DNA from: Eubacteriales bacterium
GTDB taxonomy: Bacteria; Bacillota; Clostridia; Lachnospirales; Lachnospiraceae
Length of the DNA stretch: 64,000 bases
Direction: 5' to 3'
NCBI GenBank assembly: GCA_030537195.1
Contig: JAUNOK010000002.1
Span: 21,632-85,631 of the forward strand
The notes below the pieces were generated by a model. That model saw only the letters and a list, made by a program, of their open reading frames with translations. It was not told the origin of the DNA and searched no databases. Positions within the stretch are counted from its first letter, which is position 1; the number at the start of each line of letters is the position of its first letter. Position numbers and translations under genes: made by a program. Positions 31,100 to 39,627 of this stretch are shown here, in pieces.

Positions 31100-32902
31100 A
31101 TGGGAAAGTTTGCGATTGAATGTCCGGTTTGCGGAAAATATGCGGAAGCAAGTACAGGATTTTTTTCCAAAAAGAAAATTGAATGTGCATGTGGAAATGT
31201 AATTAATGTTAGAACTGATAAGTATGCATCAAGAAAATGCGTACATTGTGGCAATCAGGTAATTTTCGATCAAACGAAGGGGGAAGATGCTTTATGTCCG
31301 GTTTGCCATGCAAAGATAAATACCATGGCAGACAATCAAAAGACACAGGAGTTTTCATGCGGACAGTGTGGCATTCGTTTGACAACGGTTACAAGTGCAA
31401 AAACATATGTGTGTCCGATATGCGATTTCGAAAATGATATTCAGGAACGCTTTATGTCAGAAAAAATTAAGAATGATGGTATGGCAAGCATCATAAAGTA
31501 TGAGGGAGATAATTCGACATTCATATGGAAGCATCCAATTGAGGATTTCAATTATGGTTCTCAGCTCATTGTTCATGAGAGTCAGGAAGCAATCTTCTTT
31601 AAGGATGGACAGGCATTAGATTTATTTGGACCAGGTCGTTATACATTAGAGACACAACAACTTCCATTGTTGGAAAAGACATATAGTTTGCCAACTGATA
31701 CCCAGAGAACATTTCATTCAGAGGTTTATTTTATAAATAAAACAGTTCAGATGGCTATTAAGTGGGGAACTCCAGATAAGGTTAGATTCATTGACCCGTT
31801 AACAGGAACACCCCTTGCTCTTGGAGCATCTGGTGAGATGAATATTCAAGTTTCTAATGCAAGAAAGCTTTTAATTAAGTTGGTTGGAACTATGAAAGGG
31901 ATTTCATGGGAAGAAGATCCCGAATTTACGAAATCCTTACAGTCATCATTCCGTCCGTTGATTGTAAACGCGGTAAAGACAAACCTTTCAGCAGTAATAA
32001 AAAATGAAGCAATCGATATTTTAGAGATAGATGAAAAACTGGATATAATCTCTGACAATTTACGTGAAAAAATATTGCCGGGATTAGAAGAATATGGTCT
32101 TACAGTACCTCAGTTTTATGTAACAAATATTGTTTTGCCAGAAGATGACCCTAACTTTAAGAGAATTAGGGAATTACATACAATCACACTTCAGACAAGA
32201 GTAATACAAGCGGAAGCAACCGTAAAAACAGTGCAGGCTCAGGCTCAGACTCAATACAGAATGGCAGAGGAGCAGAGCAAAGCCGCAATTGAAGCTGCTC
32301 ATAGAGAGGCTGAATTGCAACGTCAGACAACCGAAACTGAAATTGCGAAGATGAAAGCAGAGAGGGAGCTTATTGCGGCACAGGCAGCAGCACAGGCGAA
32401 ACGCATGGATGGTATTACTGAAGCTGAGATTATGCAGGCAAAGGGATACAATCAAAAGGATGTCCTTCAGGTAGATGTACAGAAGGCATATGCGGAAGCT
32501 ATCGGAAATATGGGACCAGCTATTTCCTCTGGTGGTGGAAGCGGCATAGTAGGTGATATGCTTGGCTTGGGGGTTGGAATGGCAGCTATGAATGCAGTAG
32601 CACCGCAGGTAGGCGGAATGATAAGTGGAATGGGAAACCAGATGAATCAGGCTATGAATAATGGTACAACTTTGCCATCATTTGCTGAACAGCAGACTAT
32701 GAATACAAATATAACTAGGGCAGTCAATGCTTCGAACACATGGGATTGTAAATGTGGCAATAGAGGAGTGATTGGCAATTTCTGTAATAACTGCGGAGCT
32801 AAGAAACCAGAGCCAGTATCAGCAACATGGGATTGTTCTTGTGGAAATAAGGGAATAATAGGAAACTTCTGCAATAACTGTGGTGCGAAGAGAGGAGAAT
32901 AA
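31100..32902 (+). CDS. Multi-zinc-ribbon protein fused to an SPFH/Band-7 domain (COG4260, B. subtilis YdjI-like) with coiled coil and tandem C-terminal zinc ribbons
   Basis: Five N-terminal CxxC...CxC/CxxC pairs. SPFH core (IIKYEGDNSTFIWKHPIEDFNYGSQLIVHESQEAIFF...AIKWGTP). QAQAQ coiled coil. Two repeats WDCxCGNxGxIGNFCNNCGAK. Confidence 0.75.
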   Translation: MGKFAIECPVCGKYAEASTGFFSKKKIECACGNVINVRTDKYASRKCVHCGNQVIFDQTKGEDALCPVCHAKINTMADNQKTQEFSCGQCGIRLTTVTSAKTYVCPICDFENDIQERFMSEKIKNDGMASIIKYEGDNSTFIWKHPIEDFNYGSQLIVHESQEAIFFKDGQALDLFGPGRYTLETQQLPLLEKTYSLPTDTQRTFHSEVYFINKTVQMAIKWGTPDKVRFIDPLTGTPLALGASGEMNIQVSNARKLLIKLVGTMKGISWEEDPEFTKSLQSSFRPLIVNAVKTNLSAVIKNEAIDILEIDEKLDIISDNLREKILPGLEEYGLTVPQFYVTNIVLPEDDPNFKRIRELHTITLQTRVIQAEATVKTVQAQAQTQYRMAEEQSKAAIEAAHREAELQRQTTETEIAKMKAERELIAAQAAAQAKRMDGITEAEIMQAKGYNQKDVLQVDVQKAYAEAIGNMGPAISSGGGSGIVGDMLGLGVGMAAMNAVAPQVGGMISGMGNQMNQAMNNGTTLPSFAEQQTMNTNITRAVNASNTWDCKCGNRGVIGNFCNNCGAKKPEPVSATWDCSCGNKGIIGNFCNNCGAKRGE

Positions 32903-32904
32903 AT

Positions 32905-33594
32905 ATGGGGCAAAATAATATTAGAGGATACATTGTTGATGCAATATTATTTGTTGTGTTTAGCGTCATTGCTTTTGCGGCACCATTTAAAATGACTGGA
33001 GTATTTTGGTTAGGATATATATTTGGTGTAATTGCAATAGTGTCACAAATATATTTTATAAAGATATCTTTTTTGAATGGTAAAGATGTAAAGAGTAAGT
33101 TTTATGGATTTCCTATAGCAAAGATAGGAGTGTTCTATCTTGGAATACAAGTTGGTTTGAGTTTGGCAGAATTTATTACTGCTGGATTCCTGCCAGTCTG
33201 GATAGCACTTATTGTTAATACGCTTATGATAGCATTTGCTGCGATTGGTACAATAGCTGCAGATGTAATGCGTAATGAAATTGTAAAGCAGGATGTTCAG
33301 ATAAAAATGAATGTAAAAAATATCCGTGCATTACAGTCTCAGACGGTTTCGTTTGTAGATATGTGCCAAGATGCGGATATAAAGAAGCAGTTGCAAGGGT
33401 TGGCAGATGATTTTAAATATAGTGATCCGGTATCATCGGAAGATACTCAAGAAATGGAAACAGAACTGAAATTCCTTGTAAACGAAATCCAGCGAGCACT
33501 TGTAGATGGGGATATGAAATCTGTTGAAAGCTTTTGTGTACGTGTGAAAGCTAGCTTGGCAGAGAGAAACAGAATTTGCAAGTTGGCGAAGTAG
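32905..33594 (+). CDS. Membrane protein with four N-terminal TM helices and ~100-aa cytoplasmic helical tail, translationally coupled to the SPFH gene
   Basis: Hydrophobic segments at about residues 10-30, 35-55, 70-95, 100-125. Stop/start are 2 nt from the upstream gene. No family recognised. Confidence 0.55.
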   Translation: MGQNNIRGYIVDAILFVVFSVIAFAAPFKMTGVFWLGYIFGVIAIVSQIYFIKISFLNGKDVKSKFYGFPIAKIGVFYLGIQVGLSLAEFITAGFLPVWIALIVNTLMIAFAAIGTIAADVMRNEIVKQDVQIKMNVKNIRALQSQTVSFVDMCQDADIKKQLQGLADDFKYSDPVSSEDTQEMETELKFLVNEIQRALVDGDMKSVESFCVRVKASLAERNRICKLAK

Positions 33595-33612
33595 GAGAAT
33601 TAAAGCATATGA

Positions 33613-34300
33613 AAAAATGCACTTGAAGAGATTAATAGTTTTTATAATGATGATCTGGTATGTAAATTAAAAAAGGCAGAGTATTTTGATAAAATTGCAG
33701 GAAGCAGAAAACTGGCAAAAGTGTATTACGATATCGAAAATAAAGTGGCCTTTTCCGGTGCAATAAATGAAAATATAACCATAATGCTTGATGAGGCAAA
33801 TAATAAGCAAAAAGAGGTATTTAACATACAGGCAGCAGATACAGGAAGTTTTTCAGAAGTTAAGGATATAATTGCGGTGATAGGGATTACAAAAGAGGCA
33901 GGAAGCTCTCTTATGAATGTTTTGCTATTTGCTGCAACTGCAATCGGAATTATCGGCACTGACGTTGTGAGGGATGAAGTACAGCATAAGGAAGTGAAAA
34001 TTGAGATAAACACAAGTAGCATGATGAAAATGCGAAATATGGTTGAAACATTGGTGGAAAGTGCTCAGATTCAGAAGCCAGAAGGGCTGTGCAGGAATTG
34101 GCAGCGGAGTTTAAGTTTAGTGATCCGGTGAGTAATGATGGTTTAAAAATTATTGAGATAGAAATAGAAAATTCAATGGAATAACTTCAAAAATGTGTTT
34201 TTAGTGACAATACAGAAGAAGTTATAGAAATGACCAAGAGGACAGTTGCATTGTTAATTGAAAGAAATCAGCAATGTAAACAGTATAAGAAAATATAATG
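33613..34300 (+). pseudogene. Decayed tandem partial duplicate of the 3' two-thirds of gene 32905..33594 (frameshifts and stops)
   Basis: LLFAATAIGIIGTDVVRDEVQHKEVKIEIN parallels LMIAFAAIGTIAADVMRNEIVKQDVQIKMN. After a frameshift, AVQELAAEFKFSDPVS parallels LQGLADDFKYSDPVS. The final segment ALLIERNQQCKQYKK parallels ASLAERNRICKLAK. Confidence 0.55.
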
Positions 34301-34309
34301 AGGTTACTT

Positions 34310-34951
34310 ATGGATAAAGGAATTGTTAGAGAAGTCCTTGAGAGAGGAAAGTACGAGATAGTATTAGAAAAAAGATTTAAAAAATACGCTTGGCGGTTCA
34401 AATTAAGTAATGGAACATCAGTGTACTGTGGAGATAATGAAAAAGTATGGACACAGGGAAAAGCTGGAGTCGATGTAAAACGGTTTCTTGATTTGAATTT
34501 ACCTATCATGTCTAACAATAAAGTTTTTATAGTATATGGGCATGATACAGCTGCGAAAGATGAACTTGTTCACATGCTGCACACTTGGGGAATTGATGCT
34601 TTAGCTATTGATGCCTTGCCTACACAGGGACGTACTATTATCGAACAATTGGAGCATTATATTCCGCAGACAAATTATGGGGTAGTATTGGCTACACCAG
34701 ATGACATTGCTTGTTCTAAAGAGAATCGCACTGTGATGCAGTGCAGGGCACGACAAAATGTTGTACTAGAATTAGGAATGCTTTTGTCAAAGTTAGGAAG
34801 GTCTCGCGTTGCGATTTTGATGAAGGAATGTGAAAATTTTGAAATTCCATCAGATATTGATGGAATTCTTTATATTAGATTTTCCAATTCTGTAACAGAA
34901 GCGGAGAACAGTTTAAAAAGAGAATTGAATTCACATGGATATAATATTTAG
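34310..34951 (+). CDS. TIR-like nucleotide-binding domain protein (COG4271 / CAP12-PycTIR-type TIR-like) with ~70-aa N-terminal domain of unknown function
   Basis: KVFIVYGHD...GRTIIEQLE...GVVLATPDD...ARQNVVLELGMLLSKLGRSRVAILMK...IPSDIDGILYI matches the conserved pattern of this TIR-like family. Start at ATG 34310 after RBS tgagg. Confidence 0.7.
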   Translation: MDKGIVREVLERGKYEIVLEKRFKKYAWRFKLSNGTSVYCGDNEKVWTQGKAGVDVKRFLDLNLPIMSNNKVFIVYGHDTAAKDELVHMLHTWGIDALAIDALPTQGRTIIEQLEHYIPQTNYGVVLATPDDIACSKENRTVMQCRARQNVVLELGMLLSKLGRSRVAILMKECENFEIPSDIDGILYIRFSNSVTEAENSLKRELNSHGYNI

Positions 34952-34975
34952 TAATAATACGAGGGGAGAAGAAAA

Positions 34976-37351
34976 ATGACAATCTTTAGATGCAAAATGT
35001 GTGGCGGTGATTTGGAAATTGCAGAAGGAATTTCTTTCTGCACCTGTGAGTTTTGTGGTACAAAGCAGACAATTCCAACTGTAAAAGATGAAGATCTGCA
35101 GACATTGTTTAACAGGGCTAATGTTCTGCGTATGAAGTCTGAGTTTGATAAGGCGGCAGAGATATATGAAAAGATTCTGTTAAAAAATGAAAGTGAAGCA
35201 GAGGCATACTGGGGATTGATACTCTGTAAGTACGGAATAGAGTATGTGGAGGATCCGGCTACATTCAAGCGCGTGCCTACTTGTCATAGAGCTTCTTATG
35301 ATCCAGTGGTGTCTGATGAAGATTATAAGAGTGCGCTAAATTATGCTGATGCGGTTCAGCGAAACATTTATAAACAGCAAGCTGCTGAAATTGACACAAT
35401 ACAGAAAGGCATTTTAGCACTTGCGCAAAAGGAAGATCCCTACGATATTTTTATCTGCTACAAAGAAACAGATGAATTAGGACAGAGAACACAGGACAGT
35501 GCGATTGCCAATGATATCTATCATCAGTTGACTATAGAAGGCTTTAAGGTGTTCTATGCGGCAATTACGCTGGAAGATAAGCTTGGCACAGAGTATGAGC
35601 CATATATCTTTTCTGCCTTAAATACAGCAAAAGTTATGCTTTCTATAGGCACAAAACCGGAATACTTCAATGCTGTATGGGTTAAAAACGAGTGGTCCAG
35701 ATTCTTGAAAATCATGAAAAAGGATCGTAGTAAACTTCTTATTCCTTGCTATCGCGAAATGGATCCTTATGAGCTTCCAGAGGAGTTCGCCCATCTGCAG
35801 GCACAAGATATGAGTAAGATCGGATTTATCAATGACATTGTGCGTGGTATCAAGAAGGTGATCACCAAAGATTCGCCTAAAACACAGAGTCAGGAAACTG
35901 TAGTTGTACAGCAGGGCGGTTCCGGAACAACCGTAAATGCGCAAATAAAGCGTGGTAATATGGCTCTTGAGGATTGCGATTGGGATAGGGCAGAAAGCTT
36001 TTTTGAAGAGGCGTTAAATCTTGATCCAGAATGTGCAGAGGCGTATCTTGGTCTTTATATGGTAGAACAAGAATTGCCATATATGTTGGATGTACAAGAC
36101 TCATATATATATGATGATGATTATTTTACACATCATCGCTATTGGAAACGCGTGAAACAGTATGCTACAGGAAACCTTGCTAAAACACTAAATAAATGGG
36201 ATCGCATGCGAAGTGCACGACTTCAAAGAGAAAAGGATGATGAGTTTAGAAAAAAGGATGCTGAGCGCAGAGAAGCGGAACAGAAAAAGAAGATAGCTGA
36301 AGATGATAGAAAGAAAAAACTGGAAGTGATTAGACCATTGCAAGAGCAATTGCGAGAAATTGCTGAAGAGGAACGGGAAGAGCTGGAAAAGTTGAATGCG
36401 AATGCAAAAGCGGCATTGGAAATCCTTCAGAATGCGAAGTCGCATGAAAAAACAGAGGTTCAGGAATTTCACAAGTTGGAAGAATTGATTTCATCAAAAA
36501 AAGCAGAGCTATTAGAAATGGGATTTTTAAAGCGAAAAGAAAAGAAAGAATTAAAATCACAAATTGAAAACCTTAGTGAAAATTTATTGAAAGCAAAAAA
36601 TAAAGTTTCCGAAGCAGACGCTAGTATTATTCGATTGAAAAATCAAGCAGAGAAAGCCGAGAAACATATTAAGGAATACAGTGAAAAAGTTGTGAATGGT
36701 AAAAAGAAAAAGATTTTGGAGCAGATATTCAGAATTTTAGAGCTAGATTTTGACGGAGATAAGGTTAAATTTGGTTCTTATAAGAAAGGAGAGGAGGAAA
36801 AAGAACCAATTGAATGGCTTGTATTGGAAATATCGGATAAAGGGATTTTTTTGCTTGCTAAACATATAATTGATACAAAAAAATACCATAATAAGATGGA
36901 TGGCTCTATAACATGGGAGACATGTGACTTGCGGAAGTGGTTGAATAGTGAATTTCTGAATTCAGCATTTGATGATAGTCAGCGAATGATGATTGCACAT
37001 ACGAAGTGTCATACTGATGATAATCCGATGTATGAAACCGAAGGAGGAAATGATACGAAAGATCAGATTTTTCTTCTTAGTATAGATGAAGTAGAGAAGT
37101 ATTTTCCTTCAGATAGTGATATTGAAGAAAAGTTAGAAAACTACGGTTTTGGTAGAAGCCGGTGGTGGCTGCGCTCCCCTGGCGAAAGTAGCAATTACGC
37201 TGCGGGTGTTTATGATGACGGCTCGGTCGACTACGATGGCTGCGAGGTCAACTACCAGCTTAAAAGCGGCTGGGAGGAAGACTATAGTGACCCGGTTTAC
37301 TATATTTATGATTGTGTGCGTCCCGCTTTGTGGATTAATCTGGAATCATGA
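34976..37351 (+). CDS. 791-aa multidomain protein: N-terminal zinc ribbon, TPR-like repeats, TIR domain, long charged coiled coil, C-terminal DUF6273-like domain
   Basis: CKMCGG...CTCEFCG. TIR core DIFICYKETDE...KVFYAAITLE...SALNTAKVMLSIGT...WVKNEWSRF. KEKKELK-type charged helix. C-terminus IEWLVLE...TWETCDLRKWLNSEFLNSAF...WWLRSPG...CVRPALWINL typical of DUF6273. RBS gagggga lies upstream. Confidence 0.75.
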   Translation: MTIFRCKMCGGDLEIAEGISFCTCEFCGTKQTIPTVKDEDLQTLFNRANVLRMKSEFDKAAEIYEKILLKNESEAEAYWGLILCKYGIEYVEDPATFKRVPTCHRASYDPVVSDEDYKSALNYADAVQRNIYKQQAAEIDTIQKGILALAQKEDPYDIFICYKETDELGQRTQDSAIANDIYHQLTIEGFKVFYAAITLEDKLGTEYEPYIFSALNTAKVMLSIGTKPEYFNAVWVKNEWSRFLKIMKKDRSKLLIPCYREMDPYELPEEFAHLQAQDMSKIGFINDIVRGIKKVITKDSPKTQSQETVVVQQGGSGTTVNAQIKRGNMALEDCDWDRAESFFEEALNLDPECAEAYLGLYMVEQELPYMLDVQDSYIYDDDYFTHHRYWKRVKQYATGNLAKTLNKWDRMRSARLQREKDDEFRKKDAERREAEQKKKIAEDDRKKKLEVIRPLQEQLREIAEEEREELEKLNANAKAALEILQNAKSHEKTEVQEFHKLEELISSKKAELLEMGFLKRKEKKELKSQIENLSENLLKAKNKVSEADASIIRLKNQAEKAEKHIKEYSEKVVNGKKKKILEQIFRILELDFDGDKVKFGSYKKGEEEKEPIEWLVLEISDKGIFLLAKHIIDTKKYHNKMDGSITWETCDLRKWLNSEFLNSAFDDSQRMMIAHTKCHTDDNPMYETEGGNDTKDQIFLLSIDEVEKYFPSDSDIEEKLENYGFGRSRWWLRSPGESSNYAAGVYDDGSVDYDGCEVNYQLKSGWEEDYSDPVYYIYDCVRPALWINLES

Positions 37352-38669
37352 TTCTTTATATCTGAAATCAACCACTCAGCGCCATAGGTGCAATCCTTCT
37401 TCCAAGGGGAAGGTGGCACGCGGTAGCGTGACGGATGGGGAACTTTAAGCCACCGACAGGCGGTCAAGTGAAGTTTTTACTATGTGTTCTCCATTATCCT
37501 AAATATGTGATATCAGGGGATATTAATTTAATTTGTGATGAGGTAGGTAATTTGAGTAATTATGTATGGTGTGAATAGTCATGGAACGAAGATAAAGAAT
37601 TAAAGGTCGTAAACAAGGCTAAAGATTTGTGTTCCTATGTTATGAATGTAGAAAAGAAATCTCCCAAAGTATTATCGTTATACATTTGTGAGCCATTTAC
37701 AGAATTTATCATTGTCGGTGATTGAAACATATTATCCGGGCAAATGATGTTTTGCCCAAAAGGGTGATACCATCACGATGGAGAACGATGCATTTTACCT
37801 AAACAGTACGAACTGATAGAGCCATCCAGATAATGGATTGTCAGAACTTGCTTGGTGCTTGGATGAAAAGTGAGAGGAAGAGATTACAACCGTAGGGCTT
37901 AATCAGGGAATTTGATTGAATGGGTAGTCAGCTGGTGGTGGTTGTAATCCCTGTTTTTATATTGACAGGTTGCAAAACGAATTTACCTTTCAAAACAGTA
38001 AAACACAGATAAGTAGTTGCCTTTAACATGAAGCTGTGAGAATATAATTATAGTTATTTGTTTTATATTTTAATTCCTATGTAGGAGTTTGGTTGATTTC
38101 TCTTTAAGATGTTAAGAGAAAACGGAAGAGTCGTGTCTTCAGAGTTATTTGTAATATTCATATAAATGATTGTGAAGACACGGCATGAGCTGCCGCGAGC
38201 AGTAACCGGTATGCCAGTGGGCAAAAATGGACGTGAAGTGTGAAAACACAAATAAAATGGTGGAGAGGGCAGTAAGATGAGTTGCGAATCATCGAGCTGC
38301 TTTTTTCGTTGCAAAGTTTCTAAATGTCGGAACATAAATATATCCCCGACAAACCAATAACTTCTCCCCGCTAAAATTTCTCAAAAGCTGAAATCTGATA
38401 TAATAATTTTAGTTAGATAAAAATGGAGTAACGAATGATTGAAAAAGTTGTATTCATGAACATGTCTGCAGACCATAACGGAAGATGGAATAATTGCAAA
38501 AATACAATAAAAAGTCCTGTCTATGTATATCAAGCAACAGGAGCAATGAAAGCGTTTCAAAACTACAGAACAGCAATTAATGAATAACAGAACCACGCAA
38601 AATGTATATTTTAATCACTTCGCTAAATCACCGTTTAACGAAGTGATTACCACATGACATAGTCTACTA

Positions 38670-39470
38670 TTAAAAGGCGTACCATTCGCACCTTCTCAAA
38701 TCAGTATAAGGCTTGCTTTTTCTTATTCGCTTGCTTTCCATCAAGTCCATATCCGCATATATTATCTGCTCATTATCATCAGCCTTTACAATCACATTAC
38801 CTGATGCATCAACCAATATTGATTCTCCTGAGAATTCCATTTTATCCTCAGTTCCAACTCTGTTGCACATTGCAATTGCGACGCTGTTCTGGAATGCCTG
38901 CACACGAAGTTCCCATTCAAACATTTCAGATGGTTCTGATTTGGTATTTATAGTAGGAATAAGTATTAAGTCCGCGTCCATTAAAGTTTCTGTACGGATA
39001 CTTTCAGGATAATGTCTGTCAAAGCATACAACAATTCCAATCTTGCCAAAAGCTGTGTCGAACACCTTAAATCCATCATCAGATGGTGTATAATAATCCT
39101 GCTCATAAAATTGTTCTGCCTGTGCAACATGTACCATTTTCTGTATTCCCTGAATTTCACCCTTATGATTAATAAAAATGCTTGCATCATATGCTTTTCC
39201 ATTTTCATTCAGATATATATTAGGGACTGCCGATATACCATATTTTTCGCATGTATCTTGAAACTGATGAGCTTCTCTGGAATCAATTGTCAGACAATAT
39301 GCCGACACATCTTTCTTTTCATATTGTGGAAAGAATTCTGTAAGCTGAACCTCTGGAAATAATATTAAGTCTGCACCGTTTTCCGCTGCCTGACGGATAT
39401 ATTCTATACTCTTATTAAGATTAGCTTCCATATTCCCTTCATTTTTCATCTGTGCTAATGCAATTCGCAT
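38670..39470 (-). CDS. Carbon-nitrogen hydrolase (nitrilase superfamily) protein
   Basis: MRIALAQM...ADLILFPE...catalytic triad context (E, K, C in VAIAMCNRVG). Confidence 0.8.
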   Translation of the reverse strand: MRIALAQMKNEGNMEANLNKSIEYIRQAAENGADLILFPEVQLTEFFPQYEKKDVSAYCLTIDSREAHQFQDTCEKYGISAVPNIYLNENGKAYDASIFINHKGEIQGIQKMVHVAQAEQFYEQDYYTPSDDGFKVFDTAFGKIGIVVCFDRHYPESIRTETLMDADLILIPTINTKSEPSEMFEWELRVQAFQNSVAIAMCNRVGTEDKMEFSGESILVDASGNVIVKADDNEQIIYADMDLMESKRIRKSKPYTDLRRCEWYAF

Positions 39471-39627
39471 AATTCCTCCTCTTCCCGATATGTTTTCTTG
39501 ATAATATCAACATATATTTTTCTAATTAAAAAGTCAAGAAGTACTAAACATTACCCTCAATTTGATTTACACCTATATGCCATCATGCTATAATAATTTT
39601 ATATTATTTATTGTAAAGGCAGACATC

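Noticed and set aside
37140-38000. Possible diversity-generating retroelement (DGR). The 3' end of the 791-aa gene is rich in NNC/NNT codons (S,N,Y,A,G,V,D,C) like a DGR variable region, and a weakly Avd-like frameshifted mini-ORF (MEEDKELKVVNKAKDL..., ~37575-37720) lies just downstream.
   Set aside because: There is no reverse-transcriptase gene, and no template repeat with high identity to the putative VR anywhere in the window. The S-N-Y-A-A...D-G-S-V residues are conserved scaffold positions of the DUF6273 domain rather than hypervariable. The Avd resemblance is too weak to call.
39562-39627. Extended TraX N-terminus (MIYTYMPSCYNNFILFIVKADI) from the track
   Set aside because: No RBS and atypical sequence. 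The Met at 39628 (MNKTLDATHLK) fits the family start better.
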